A stretch of 63,437 nt of DNA, counting the filler, from Folioceros fuciformis (lineage: Eukaryota): assembly GCA_049999805.1 (NCBI GenBank). It is 7 parts of 7 records of this genome, joined end to end, with 100 filler letters (N's around TTAATTAATTAA, not from the genome) between each part and the next. Parts side by side here need not be neighbours in the genome. Positions count along the whole stretch, not along the records: positions 1 to 21,478 come from JBNGIO010005428.1; positions 21,579 to 33,690 come from JBNGIO010005432.1; 5 more parts are not named here. The stretch is one strand, 5' to 3'. The translations under genes and the position numbers were made by a program. Positions 12,501 through 25,587 of the stretch are shown piece after piece. Positions within the stretch are counted from its first letter, which is position 1. Every line of letters begins with the position of its first letter. Under the pieces are notes generated by a model that saw nothing but the letters and a program-made list of their open reading frames with translations, ran no database searches and was not told where the DNA came from.

Positions 12501-15500
12501 TGGATCCTAAAAATCCCTCTCTCGCTGATGGAATCAGGCATTTGGGTCATATTAACGTACTATGTTGTTGGATTTGCACCTGAGCCCAGCAGGTTAAATC
12601 ATTCGATCTACACCGTTTCCTACGTCGCATATCTTTGCAGACACCGACTGTGGTATTCTTAACTCTGACACAATTTTTGGGGGATGCATTTTTTGCAGAT
12701 TTTTCACCCAGTTTCTTTTGTTCTTTTTGGTCCATCAAATGGCCCTAGGGCTTTTCCGACTGATTGCCTCAGTTGGTCGGACAATGGTCATTGCAAATAC
12801 AGGCGGCTCATTTGCGTTGTTGATTGTCTTTGTGCTTGGTGGCTTTGTTCTATCAAGAAGTGAGTGGGTTTTTTCAGGAAATAAATACTTGATGGTTTCA
12901 GTGGAGGATTTTTCGAGGGGGATTAAAGCCTAACTCTTCCGCTATTGTGCTAACAGAGAACATCCATCCGTGGTGGATTTGGGGCTACTGGATTTCACCT
13001 TTAATGTACAGTCAAAATGCTGTCAGTGTGAACGAGTTCCTGGCTCCTCGCTGGTCAGAGGTACTTAAACAGTGGCCAGTACGCCTGCTCGAAATAATCT
13101 TGATTGAAGTTCTAAACCTCGATTTTGACTCTGGTTTTCAGAAGTTCATACAAATCGGGCAAACGAACCGAACAATAGGCGAGCGGATTTTGGAAAGTCG
13201 AGGAATGTTTACGGACAAGAAATGGGTTTGGATTGGAGCCCTTGCTCTCATTGGTTATAGTATCCTCTTCAATACGTTGTACACGTTGGCACTTCAATAT
13301 TTAAACCGTAAGCTTTGCGATCTTACAATCCTAAAAGTCTATGCATTGTTGCTAGGCTACATGACACTTCCTCTAGAATCTCCAGGGTATATGATATGGG
13401 TGCCATGTCTTCATCAGGCTTGATCATTCCTCTCTCTACCTTCTTTTATAATTGTTCCGATCTCAAGTAATAAGTATGACGTGGTTACTGGCTGTTGTGG
13501 CATGTGATGGAATACAGCTGTGGGAAAGTCCCAAGCTGTGGTATCTAAGGAAATGCTTGAGGAGAGGTCGTCCAATTCTGCTTCATCCCAGAGGTCTCCC
13601 ATTTCTGCTTCACCCCAGAGGTCTTCCAATTCTGCTTCACCCCAGAATGGTAACACAATTCATTAGTAGTGAATCGACATCTAGTTGTGTTTCCAATGTG
13701 CTCCTAAGTGTTGTGATATCCTGGATAGACTCATTCTGAATGGGGCATTGGGTTTGCAGGAACCCAGGAGTCCAGAAACGCACCAAATGTCGGTGATGAA
13801 GTGGAAATGCTCGAGAATGGTCGCCCTCGGAAAGGCATGGTTTTGCCGTTTCAACCTTTAGCACTCACTTTTCACAATGTCAACTACTATGTAGACATGC
13901 CACCTGTAAGTTTTCTGAGACGCGAAATCGAAATGGAACTTGTCACATTCACCGCTGCACACACGCACTTATCTTACCTTTTTAATTGTTTCAGGCGATG
14001 AAGCAACACGGGGTGACTGAAAATAGACTCCAGCTGTTGAAAAATGTCAGCGGAGTGTTTCGGCCAGGAATTCTAACAGCACTCGTGGGTGTCAGCGGAG
14101 CAGGGAAGACGACACTGATGGATGTGTTGGCAGGTAGAAAAACAGGTGGGTATATTGATGGGGCTATCAGTGTGTCCGGGTATCCCAAGAAACAGGAGAC
14201 CTTTGCACGGATAGCCGGATACTGTGAGCAGCAGGACATACACTCACCGAATCTAACTGTTTACGAGTCACTTGTTTTCTCTGCGTGGCTTCGTTTATCA
14301 TCTGACATTGACGCCAAGAAGCGAATGGTAAGCACTCACAAGCTAGCTAGCTGTTGGCCACCCTTTCTCTTTTGAAACCGGAACAGCTTACACGTCCTTG
14401 GTGTCGTGCTTGCAGAAGTTTGTACATGAAGTTATGAATCTTGTGGAGCTAACTCCTTTGAGGGACGCCTTGGTCGGACTCCCTGGGGTAACAGGTCTCT
14501 CAACAGAACAGAGAAAGAGGCTAACCATTGCTGTAGAGCTTGTTGCTAATCCTTCAGTCATCTTCATGGATGAGCCAACCTCCGGATTAGACGCCCGTGC
14601 TGCAGCAATTGTCATGAGGACAGTTCGGAACACTGTTGACACTGGTCGAACGGTGGTGTGTACTATTCATCAACCAAGCATCGACATATTCGAGGCTTTT
14701 GATGAGGTGAGTTGTGATATGCTCCTCCATTCTGGTCTCGTGATTGTAATGGGACAAACTCGTGAAATCTGTAGCTTAGTCATAAATTCTATTCATCGTT
14801 CACTTTACAGCTCTTGTTGATGAAAAGAGGAGGGCAAGTCATCTACGCAGGTCCATTGGGCAGACACTCCTGCGAATTGATCTCTTATTTCGAGGTTTGT
14901 GTTCTGACGTTTTGAAAACAGTTCAGACGTTGGGGTTAAATGGGTTCAGTTCTTTGACTCTTTTGTCGTCTGATTTGTCCGCTGAATCGCAGGCTGTTGA
15001 GGGGGTTCCTAAGATTTCGGATGGCTACAATCCAGCTACATGGATGTTGGAAGTGACCGAGACATCGCAGGAGGCGCACCTTGGTATTGATTTCGCTGAT
15101 GTCTACAAAGGATCGACTCTTCATGGGTAGGTATCCATCATAAGTTGCTTTGGGTACTTGGTCTTAGAGGTTCGCAGTGTTTGCCCAACCCGCAGGGCTG
15201 CTTAAATCCTGTCCCGCAGGCGAAACGAGGAGATGATTCTGGACTTAAGCAAACCACAATCGGACGAAAAGGAGCTACATTTTCCAACGAAATTTGCACA
15301 GCCTTTCTGGGTCCAGTGCGAAGCAACCTTGTGGAAACAGAATAAGTCCCACTGGCGCAATCCTCAGTACAATGTTGTTCGGATTTTCTTCACGATTATA
15401 GTTGCTGTCATGTTTGGTTCGATATTCTGGGATTTGGGACAAAAACGGTAAGCCGTCCTTACCAACGTTGTTTATTCTGGGGGGTTGAGCCTCAGGTGAC

Positions 15501-16405
15501 ATCTTTTCACTCAAATCTCTCCTCGTTGTGGCAGCTCAAAGTTTCAAGATCTGTCCAACTTGATGGGGGCTATGTATGCTGCCATATTGTTTATTGGAAT
15601 AAACAATGCCGGATCAGTGCAGCCAGTTGTATCTGTTGAGAGATCCGTCTTTTACCGCGAACGTGCGGCCGGGATGTATTCTGCATTGCCTTATGCTTTT
15701 GGCCAAGTAAGAAACCGATTTTCTGTTGGATTGTATCTGAGATGTCGCAGACATCTTCTCGAACTGACACGTCGCATTTTCGGGATACAGGTGGTTATTG
15801 AACTGCCATATGTGTTTGTTCAGACAGTGGTCTATTGCGCGGTTCTCTACTCCATGATCCAATTCGAGTGGACCGCACCCAAATTCTTTTACTTCATCTT
15901 TTTCAGCTATTTCACGTTTTTGTACTTTACCCTATATGGGATGATGACCGTCTCCTTCACGCCCAACCTACCAGTGGCCACTATCGTGTCATCCGCCTTC
16001 TATGGAGTGTGGAACCTGTTTGCAGGGTTTATGATCCAGCGTCCTGTAAGTGGAGTTCTTTGTTTGCATCACCAATTGATGCTTCTGATGATGTCCATAG
16101 TGGGCTGAAATTGTTCCTGTGTTGTGGGACAGCAAATCCCTGTGTGGTGGCAGTGGTATTATTGGGCCACACCTGTGGCGTGGTCAATATATGGTTTGAT
16201 CACTTCTCAGTTGGGTGACGTTAACAGCACCTTAGTACTGGCGGACGGTATCACCACCCAGACGATGAAAGAATTTCTGAAGCACAACCTGGGGTTCGAG
16301 TACGGTTTCTTAGGTTGGGTGGTACTGGCGCATGTGGGATACGTAGTTGTGTTCGCTTTTGTCTTTGCCTTCAGCATCAAGGTCTTCAACTTTCAAAGGC
16401 GATGA
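9573..16405 (+). CDS. Full-size ABCG / PDR transporter, copy 2 (tandem paralog, multi-exon)
   Basis: Same domain order and essentially the same intron positions as copy 1: [51 protein letters not shown]; ends VFNFQRR* at 16405. Confidence 0.96.
13565..13645 (+). repeat. 3 x 27-bp coding tandem repeat ([27 protein letters not shown]) in the PDR2 linker
   Basis: aggtcgtccaattctgcttcatcccag and two variants, in frame within an exon. Confidence 0.9.
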
Positions 16406-16669
16406 GGAGTTTGCTCACTGGAAGTTGGGCTTCTACCTTTGGGAGAAAAATGAGATTTGTCTTCACAGTGGCGAAGCCGGTACTATGTCAAGTAATAACT
16501 CATGAGACTCCATAGTGCAGCTAGTGACCTGCCGTAAAGTTGAGACAGGCCTTTTGTATACAGACAACCGGAATGACGGTGTGTATGTTTCAAAGCAAAA
16601 TTCGTGGAAAATATTGTTGATTCCCTAATAAAAATGAAATTCGATTTTTTACAGCTTGGCAGTAGGATG

Positions 16670-17728
16670 CTAATTCTCCACAGCTTCCACAACGCCAAGA
16701 CGCTGCGACTCTGGAAGCACAGACCAATTTGGGGACTGCGTGGAGCGAAGCCAGCGGAAGTCATCTACTTTTTCCCAAAGCCCCGTCTCCTCATTCAAGT
16801 TGCAAGCCTCCAATTGCCTCTCCACACCCTTGTAGTGGAATGCGTACGGCGCAAATCTTACGCCACGAGTATGTTCCACCACAGGCCTGCTCCTGACCCG
16901 GACATAAAAATCCGAGTCGTTCGTTGAATGAATTCGTATCTGGTGCGAAGCCAACATTAACACACTCCTCTCGACTTCCTCGATTAAAACGGAGCCGCTA
17001 ACGGGACCGGCAAAGATCTGGCAGTCCGTAAGTCTGTGGATGAAGAGCGCCCGGCATGTGCCTCTAAGCTCTACCCTGCAACTGGTCAGGTCTGTGATCA
17101 AGAACTCGCCCAGACCTAATTCCTCAGACTCCTTCACGACCACCTTGTGAGACAAATGGCGGATCCCTGGCACATTGCTGAGCTGTGAATGGCAGCCGGC
17201 AGGTTCCGAGGCGAGAACGGCCGCGGAGGCAGAGGCTTCCCGGCCAATGGCAGGCTTGCTGGAGGCCGGCTTGTTCCGAAACGAGAACTTCTTCCTAGGC
17301 ACCAGCTCCGACAGCGCAAGCCCGGCCTCATCCTTCAGCCTGCCAATGGTCGTGTGGGACGCCCTGACATCGTAGGCCGGCAGGTAGAACGAGGATGTGG
17401 CCAGCAACTGCTCCATCTCCCCGATCTCCAGCATCAACTTGTGCAGCTGGTCCTTGAGCAGCGTCCCATCCGCCCCGGCCTCCTTCACCTCCCGCGCCGC
17501 TACCAAGCCCTGCTCCACCCGCTCCCGGATCTGCCCGAACACACGGTCGAAGTGCTCCACGGTCTCCTGCGTCTCGGGGCTTGCGGCCGACCTGCGGTTT
17601 GCCGCTTCCTGCACGCGGGACTCGTGCAGCAGAGCCAGGCGGCCCAGCATGGCCTGCTGGCGCCGCTCCTGCGAGGCCACATCGCTGCCTGCGCCACTCT
17701 CCGTGAAAGTGAGCACTACGTCGGCCAT
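16670..17728 (-). CDS. TBCC: Tubulin-folding cofactor C (POR/TFC-C ortholog), intronless, 352 aa
   Basis: N-terminal helical TBCC_N region (..SSFYLPAYDVR..LVPRKKFSFR) and C-terminal C-CAP/TBCC beta-helix (GPVSGSVLIE, LASHQIRIH, DFYVRVRSRPVVE, FAPY, WEKVDDFRWLR..SPNW). Confidence 0.93.
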   Translation of the reverse strand: MADVVLTFTESGAGSDVASQERRQQAMLGRLALLHESRVQEAANRRSAASPETQETVEHFDRVFGQIRERVEQGLVAAREVKEAGADGTLLKDQLHKLMLEIGEMEQLLATSSFYLPAYDVRASHTTIGRLKDEAGLALSELVPRKKFSFRNKPASSKPAIGREASASAAVLASEPAGCHSQLSNVPGIRHLSHKVVVKESEELGLGEFLITDLTSCRVELRGTCRALFIHRLTDCQIFAGPVSGSVLIEEVERSVLMLASHQIRIHSTNDSDFYVRVRSRPVVEHTRGVRFAPYAFHYKGVERQLEACNLNEETGLWEKVDDFRWLRSTQSPNWSVLPESQRLGVVEAVEN

Positions 17729-18230
17729 GTCGCGCGCTAACTCTCCGCCCTAAACTCCAGAGACAAGCTGTAACCGACACCTACCCACCACATTCCATTA
17801 GACCTCAGTCGAAAACGCCTTCAATTCTCTGAAGCCAAAGGTCTTGCAAGGATGGAGTGGATGATAGGGATCCTCTTTGTTGGTGGATTGTTAGGGCGGT
17901 TTCGCGTAAGCCCGGACCCGGACCTGGGCTACGCTACACGACGAAACGCGAATTATCCTGCCACCAGAAAAGTAGCCGGGGTCGGGTTTGTAGGATACTG
18001 GTTACGTTGTTAGCCAGGGGTACGCCTATGGAGATACCTCTAAAAGGGCGGACATCTACCAGGCATATGCCATTCCATTGGTCAGTGATGAGCTATGCCT
18101 TCCTAGAACTTTAGTCTCCTTACATAGACTAGCAATCAGTACCCCTTACATAGACTAGCAATCAATACTTCTAAATGCATAAGGTCCCAGATCAGTGATA
18201 TGTTACTTGATCACTTTCCCACAATTGTGA

Positions 18231-21200
18231 TGTTGTGGCTAGGAACTCGTGGTGGGATTGGTAGGGTGGAGTGCCTTCAGTTAGTTGTTGACGTTGTATC
18301 ACTCCTTTGGTCCTTTGGGTTGTATCACTCCTTTGGTCCTTTGAGTCCCGTAGCCACAATGCAGTATCACGTGGTGCACAGAAAACAAAACACACACATC
18401 TCGTTGAGTCAACGAGACACAAGGTTGCTAGACTGACTCCAAAGCACAATCCATAGATGGAGATTACACCTGATGGTACGACAGGATCTAGCAGCAGAGA
18501 CAAGCGTATAGGCCCCTGCTAGAGACAAGCGTATAGGCCCTTTGCTTGGCCCTGGTTACGAAGTCCAAGGCTTTATACCACATCTCGCTAGTCTAGATAT
18601 TCCACGATATAGCTTCGGAAACCCCTCTCCTCCTCTCAATACAAAATATCTTATTGTCCTACTCTTTGTGGCTCCTAAGGTCTTCCTTCCTGATCGCCTC
18701 TTGCATCACTGAATGGGCATCTAGCATCCTTCCCTTAGTGGCTTTTCCTTCAGCTGGCACACCCACGGTCGTGTGCCACGCCCTGCTATCCCCTTGATAT
18801 GTTGCTAAGGTTGAATGGTCGTCTTCCATACTATGGTATCTTGGATCTTCAGTGGAAGAATCATATCTCTCTATCTTCCGATCGTTTCCCCTACCGACAC
18901 TTACTTCAAACAAGCTAGCAAAGGATTTTACTAGCCTATTTGTCTCACCGTCTTCCTCACCACTCTCCCGCTCTTCACGAGTGTCCCACTCAGATTGCCT
19001 TAAGACCTGCCATGATGTTTCACACTCGTTGGTCCATCTCCAGAAAGGAAGATCCTTTCGTAGCATGGTGAGGAAGAGCGACACTAGCTCCCACCACTTC
19101 TCATACTCCTGACTCCACTCCGACCTGAGTTCCTCAAAGATGCTAGCAATACAATCAACTCACCATGATTAGTAGGCCGAGTATCTAGACAAGGGCTATT
19201 ACTAACCAACCCTAGGGCCTCTAACCCTGCAGAGACTTGATGGAGCCATAGGTGGTTCCTCATTGCGTCGAAGCTCTCATTGCAAGCCTTCGTCCATTCG
19301 AAGTTGCAAGACTGGGCTAAGGATATCAGAGGTGGCCTAAGTTCCTCCAGGCTTTCTATACGACACCAACAATGGTGTCTTTCGCAATAACGAACCCACA
19401 GATCCACCTCCTTCCTAGTTCTAGGTCTTTGCAGTGCCTGTGGGTCATAAGGGATTCACAGCACGCCTGAAGCCATATTCAGCCTCACTGCCTCTCTTCT
19501 ATGGGGATCCCTCAATGTGGCCGCCTTCTATATGCTCTCACCAACAACTTAAATAGTAGCCCTATCCTAAAAATACCAAACGCTCACAACCACACAGTCC
19601 TACCTAACTTATCCAATCATAATAACGTAGACACCCTCAAGGTTAGATGCACTCCCCCTCCCTCTAGTCACAGACGTCATAACCTTCTTCCCTCCCTCTC
19701 CTACATATAATCTCAAAGAGCAAAGTCAGATGCCTTATCTGGTTAGGTAGGAGCATCTACCTACTTAACTCAGGCAAAGAACTTCTTCAGGTAGCTAAGA
19801 CTCGCTACCTCCTCCTGAGTCGTGAAATCTGGTGGTAAGAGTATCTTGGCAGCACCTTTAGCGAAGACCTCCTGTAGTAAGAAGGGTCCTTCCCATTGTG
19901 GCTTGAGTTTATACCCTGGCTCCTTCATGTAACGCCAGACGTTAAGCTTCAGGACCCAATCTCCACGTTCTAATGTAGACAACTTCCTCCCTTCATCCAG
20001 GATCTCTTTTCGTCTCTTCTTACTGTGTTCTTCCCTTTGGAAGGCCACCCTTCTCACCTCCTCTAGCTCATTTAGCTCAAGTGCCCGCTCCTCAAGTTGA
20101 ACTCCTCCAGCAATGATGGCGCTTGTGATTCCGAATCCAACAGTGGTTGTCTCCACTTGGGAAGGTACTCTGGCGGGTGCTCCATACACCAGATCAAATG
20201 GGGATAAACCCGAAATGGCCTTGGTTTGGGTCCTGATAGCCCATAGTGCCCAGGAAGGTGGGCATCCCACCTTTGGGGTTCTGCCTCATAGAGCTTAGCC
20301 AACACCTTAATAGCTACCTTGTTGGTGCTTTCTTCCTGTCCGTTAGTAATTGGGTGGTAGGGTGTAGCTAACCTGTGCTTGACCGAGTAGGCTCGGGTCA
20401 CCCCTTCCATCATGTTGTTTGCAAACTCCCGTCCTTGGTCACTTACTATCTCTACTGGGCATCCAAACCTAGTGATCACATTTGAGTATAGGAAATGTCC
20501 AGTGAGCTCTTCTGATAATGATGGTAAAGCCTGTGCTTCAATCCACTTTGTCGCATAATCAGTAGCTATTAAGATATACCTGTTCCCATGAAGAGAGACA
20601 AGTGCCAAGGGTCTAATGTAGTCCAACCCCCACTTGACAAACGGACTGGTTGGGAAGATTGGATTGAGCAAACCTTGCTTCAAGGAAACTGTGGCGTACC
20701 TTTGGCAACTATAATAGTGTTGACAATAGGCACGGACATCTTTGAACATGTTGGGCCAGTAGTAACTAGCGCGCAGAATCTTCTTTGCTGTTGCGACTGC
20801 ATCGAAATGGCCTCCACAGACTAAATCATGCATCTCAAACAAAATGCGAGGAATTTGTTGGCCCCACACACACATCCTAAGTATTCTATTTGGCCCAGTC
20901 TTAAACAGCCTCCCTTCCACCACTGCATAATCCTTGGACCACTTAGCTATCTTCTTACCATAACCAGGTGGTTCCTCAGGTAGCTTCCCGCTGGTGATGA
21001 AATCTGTAATCTGTCCATATAATGTAGCCAGGTCCTCAACCTGAACAGCTAGGGTGGTCAGCTCCCCTTCTCCTTCGAAACATTGGATGTTAAAGATTGC
21101 TGCTTCAACATAGCTTTTCACATCCCTCTCTGGTTTGACCGGGAAAACTAAGGTGTCAGAGTGTATATAGTTTACACACCTTAAGAGAGTAGCTATACCT

Positions 21201-21478
21201 TCGATGGCTACTAAATCTCCTTCAAGCTTCTCCCTTCCAACATAGGACTTCAGTCCAGCCCGGAGGACTGTTATCACAAGAAGGTTGTTGGAGAAAATGG
21301 TAACATGGAGTGCTCCACATCTTGTTGCTTCTACCAGCCCTTCCTTGACAGCCTGCATCACTAGCAACTTTGGGTGAGACCTGTTGACTAACTTAGATAC
21401 CAAGGCTACCTCCTTATCATCTAGTCCTAGCATCAGGGATGCAAAACCAGCGCCACGGGTTATTGATGAGGCAGTATC
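18231..21478 (-). mobile_element. Ty3/gypsy LTR retrotransposon 3' half (non-chromovirus, Tat/Athila-like): degenerate RNase H, integrase, 3' extra ORF, probable PPT/LTR; cut by scaffold end
   Basis: 20072..21433 ORF: RNase H-like segment (D.ASS..GAG..; VTIFSNNLLV), zinc finger H..GGH..C..C, PFVKWGLDY, IATDYATKW, SDQGREF, YHPITNGQ. Frameshifted continuation 19770..20270 (SPFDLVYG, KLKPQWEGPF). Purine tract at ~18622-18637 on the minus strand; LTR limits uncertain. Confidence 0.88.
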
Positions 21479-21578
21479 NNNNNNNNNNNNNNNNNNNNNN
21501 NNNNNNNNNNNNNNNNNNNNNNTTAATTAATTAANNNNNNNNNNNNNNNNNNNNNNNNNNNNNNNNNNNNNNNNNNNN
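21479..21578. other. Artificial scaffold-concatenation linker (N44-TTAATTAATTAA-N44, stops in all six frames); also at 33691-33790, 43198-43297, 49657-49756, 60913-61012, 62044-62143
   Basis: Identical 100-nt structure occurs six times, with abrupt sequence changes on either side. Confidence 0.97.
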
Positions 21579-21638
21579 CACCACGATAGGAACGGGGGCC
21601 CTGCTGTCCGTGGCCCTAGCGCTTCTTTTGTCTCCGAC

Positions 21639-24600
21639 ATGGCAGGTGGATCCAGCGAGCAGAGCTTGCGCAAAGTGCTGGGCGCAATCAAGGACTCCAC
21701 CACTGTCGGGATCGCCAAAGTCAACAGCGAGTACAAGGTTCTTCCCGGATCTGCCCTGCTCCTGCTCCTGCTCCCTCTCGCGGAATTTCAGCGCTTCTCC
21801 CAACCCTACGCTGGCACCTCTGGAGCTTGGCTTGACTGTGTGTTGTCTCGATCTGTGCTGTGCACTGCCGGATCTGCAAGCTTCACAGCTGTGTGCTGTC
21901 CGGGTGGATCTGGAGTTGCGTTTGCACTGTGTGTGCGCTGGACACAGGCCCCTGCTTTTCATTCTTCCTGATTCTCGTGTGTGCTAGGATTTGGACATTG
22001 CAGTAGTCAAGGCGACCAATCATGTGGAGTGTCCCCCCAAGGAGAAGCACGTTCGAAGTGAGTGGTTTTTTCGGATGTCGGAATGGCGGTTTCCAACATT
22101 TCTAGGTTTTCGCCAGCTTCATGATGTGTAGAGGTGATCCTGGTTGGGCCTGCTGGAGATTTTAAGTCATGTGTGTCTGGTGCAGCAATATTTGCCGCGA
22201 CGTCCGCCTCCAGACCACGAGCTGATGTGGCCTACTGCATACATGCTCTGGCCAAGCGAATTGCGAAGACTCACACTTGGAGTGTAAGCTGACTGATTCA
22301 GTAGCACAGTCTTCAGCTTGATGCCCCTCGCCTTCCCGTGGATGCAGGAGCCTGCGCCACTGACGCTGTCTTCTAACTTGCATTGCAGGTTGCTTTGAAG
22401 TCTATGATGGTCATTCACCGCACGTTGCGAGAAGGAGATCCTACATTTAGGGAGGAGCTTATCAACTATAGCCGGACTAGGGGACACATTCTGAATCTTT
22501 CGAATTTTAAGGATGACTCTAGTCCCAGCGGTAGAGAGTCTTCTCAATTAAACCCTCCGGATGATTTTTGGTTCACCTTATCATTCCTGAGGCAGGAGAG
22601 TTTGACTGCCGCTTCTGCTCCTTTTAGCTTGGGATTACTCTGCATGGGTGCGAACCTATGCTCTTTACTTGGAGGAACGCCTGGAATGCTTTCGGGTGCT
22701 CAAGTACGATGTGGAGTCCGAGCGGCCGTCCGTGAGTTTCGCCCGCCTGCCTGTGTGTGTTCTGCTTCTCTCGAGTCTCGTATGTGACATCTTTTTCTCC
22801 TTCTGCAGGGCCACAGCAAGACAAGGGACCTGGATACCGTAGATCTTTTGGAGCACTTACCTGCGTTGCAGCAGCTTCTATACCGATTGATTGGTTGTCA
22901 GGTATTTTTCATTGCAAGCATGCTGCAGTTGAATGGCTGTTACTTTTCGCTCGTTGAATCTTTAAGTTTATTAACTATGGGATTTTGGTGCATCTTGTAG
23001 CCTGAAGGAGCAGCGGTCAGCAATTTTGTGATTCAGGCTGCACTGGGTTTGGTGGGTAAATTCACATTAATGCTCCTTTTTATCTCTGTTGTGCAGGCCA
23101 TCGATTAGACGCATGAATTTTTTACCAAATGCCCTAGAGTTGATTCAGAATTATGAAAACCGTCTGATTTAATGAAAACAATGTTTTTCTCCTGATTGTG
23201 AGTGAAATGCACTTCTTGGACCTTTCTGGCAGTAAAATAGAGGTGATCTCGGGGTAACCAAAATATATTCGTAAACCTTGCTGTGATCACAGGTTTTGAA
23301 GGAAAGCTTCAAGCTTTACAGGGCTATCAATGATGGCATCATCAATCTTGTGGACAAGGTGGGAACACTGAAGCACTGCGTCGGGCAATGAATGATCCGA
23401 GCCCTTACCTGGTTTGATAGGGTCCTAACTGTTCTCTTGCAGTTTTTTGAGATGCAACGACATGATGCCATTAAAGCATTGGAGATTTATAAGCGTGCTG
23501 GCCAACAGGTGTGTAAGTGTTGGAGGCGGCCACTTCAATTGTTCGTGTGGTCCTTCTACTGAGTTGCCAGAGCATTTTTGTGGTGAGCTATCTCTGGTGA
23601 TCTCGTTAACTTCTTTCTGGTGCAGGCAGAAAAGCTTTCAGAGTTCTACGAGGTTTGTAAGGGCTTGGATCTTGCTCGGAGTTTCCAGTTCCCAACGCTT
23701 GAGCAGGTCTGCAGGGAATTAACTGCGAATTTTATACTTGAAGAGCCCGATGCAAGAGTCTATGTTCTCTGTGTTGAAAGTGTCTTTTTGGTTGAATTGA
23801 CATAGCCACCGCAATCATTCCTTTCAACGATGGAAGATTATGTGAAAGATGCACCACGCATTGTGCAGAGCCCCAGAGAAGCATTGGTATTCTCGCTGAT
23901 ACTTTGGCCTTTTTGAATCTTGTGATGTGATGCGAGTGTGACTGACATTCATTTATTTTCAAGTTGCTTGACACTTGAGGGCAATCTACAGGAATATGAA
24001 GAGCGTCCAGCTCCTGTGCGATCTCGAAGAGCAGCATCGCCAGACTCTCAAGATGGGGTTGAGTATCGGGATGCTTCTCCCTCTCGTGGTCCTCCTCGGA
24101 AGGAAGTTCAACCTCCACCCCCGAGCTATGAGAGCGGTGATCTTTTGGTGGGTTGGCTGGCAAACTTTGCGCTGACCTTTTTGGTTTCCACTGTGAAGTC
24201 CCAACCTAGAGATGCACAGTAAGTTGGATGGGGCTAGATGGGTGCCAGTTCTTAATTTCTGTTGCAATTGGTACAGGGCTTAGGCGATGCTCCCCCTTCC
24301 GACCCGTCAACACTTGAGGATAGTAATGCTCTTGCCCTGGCCATAGTGCCATCAGGTATTGTGCTGTCTGTCCAAAGGATGGAGCCGAAGTCCCCCAGTC
24401 TGTAGCTTGTATACTGGAGGTGAAGAAGTGTTTGACATCTTCTGTTCTGTAGGATCTGTGTCGAACGGCTCTGGGGCTCACGACCCGAATGGAGGTTTAG
24501 ACCTTGCTCAAGGAGCCACTGGATGGGAGCTTGCGCTTGTCACTAACCCCACCAATGGCAGTGCAGCAAATAACAGCAAACTGGTTTGTATCATATTTTT

Positions 24601-25149
24601 CTTGTCTAGCATGTTTGGGCCAGGTCTTGTCAGCTTGAGTCTCTTCTGGCAAGCTCTCGATGGAAAGAGGTTCTTTGCTGCCTTTTGAAGCAAGTAAGTC
24701 TTTATGAGCTTTGCTGTGTAGAATTAATTCGTTCTATGTTTGAACAGGCTGGCGGATTGGATAAGTTGACACTGGACAGTTTGTACGATGATGCGTATAC
24801 TAGGCGCTCACCATACACTACTCCTCCAACCAGTTACAATGCTAATCTACCTGGACAGAATCCATTCCAAACAACCCCAGACCCATTCCATGCTTCTAGT
24901 AAGTTTGCCCCCCCACCCAATGTTCAGATGGCAGCAATGGCTCATCACCAAGCCTTGCTTATGCAGCAGCAACAGCAGCAGCAACTATTGGGAATGGGAC
25001 CTCATGTTGCTGCAAATCCTTTTGCCTCTCCATATGGTATGCCATATCCCTACCCAGCAGGGGTTCCACCTCAGATTCCCCCGCAGGTTTCTCAACATGG
25101 CCAGTATCAAAACAGCAGCAACCCATTTGGCAGTCCAGGGCTCTTATGA
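21639..25149 (+). CDS. ANTH-domain clathrin assembly protein (AP180/PICALM-like; ECA/CAP family), multi-exon
   Basis: [100 protein letters not shown]-terminal NPF motifs; stop at 25149. Confidence 0.95.
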
Positions 25150-25587
25150 TTTATTTTCCAGGGGAATTGCCCCTCTGAGATACGGAGTGATCGGAATAAC
25201 AGAAGCACATTAGCTAGCGAGGAAAGGACGACACACCCCGGGGATCTTGAATTCTTGCTGATGCTTCTTCAATGCATCCGCCCGGTGCAGTCAGGATATC
25301 TTGGATATCCATTGGGTTGAGGAGGGTTCTTGTACATCTAATAGGTAGATGGATGAATCGCTGGTAGCTTACGGCTGTGAGCAACGGGACCCTCAGGTTG
25401 ATTGCGTTGAGTGCGTCCGTAGGACGGCGCCGAAATTTGTCTTGAAAAACTTGTATCATACCATATTTTTTTTAACATGACATCTTAAAGGGGTGGACAC
25501 CAGTTTAATGAGACAGTTGGGGAAAGGGGGCTTGATCGGTGATTTGGTTCTAGGGGTTTTTTTTTCAAGTTTTAATCTCATCACCCA

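Noticed and set aside
17189-17780. Alternative-frame and antisense ORFs over TBCC
   Set aside because: Shadow ORFs of a GC-rich coding sequence
21523-21534. Recurrent TTAATTAATTAA motif (six times) as a biological repeat, and gene neighbourhoods across it
   Set aside because: Always centred in N44..N44, so it is an artificial all-frame-stop linker; genes on different sides are not physically linked
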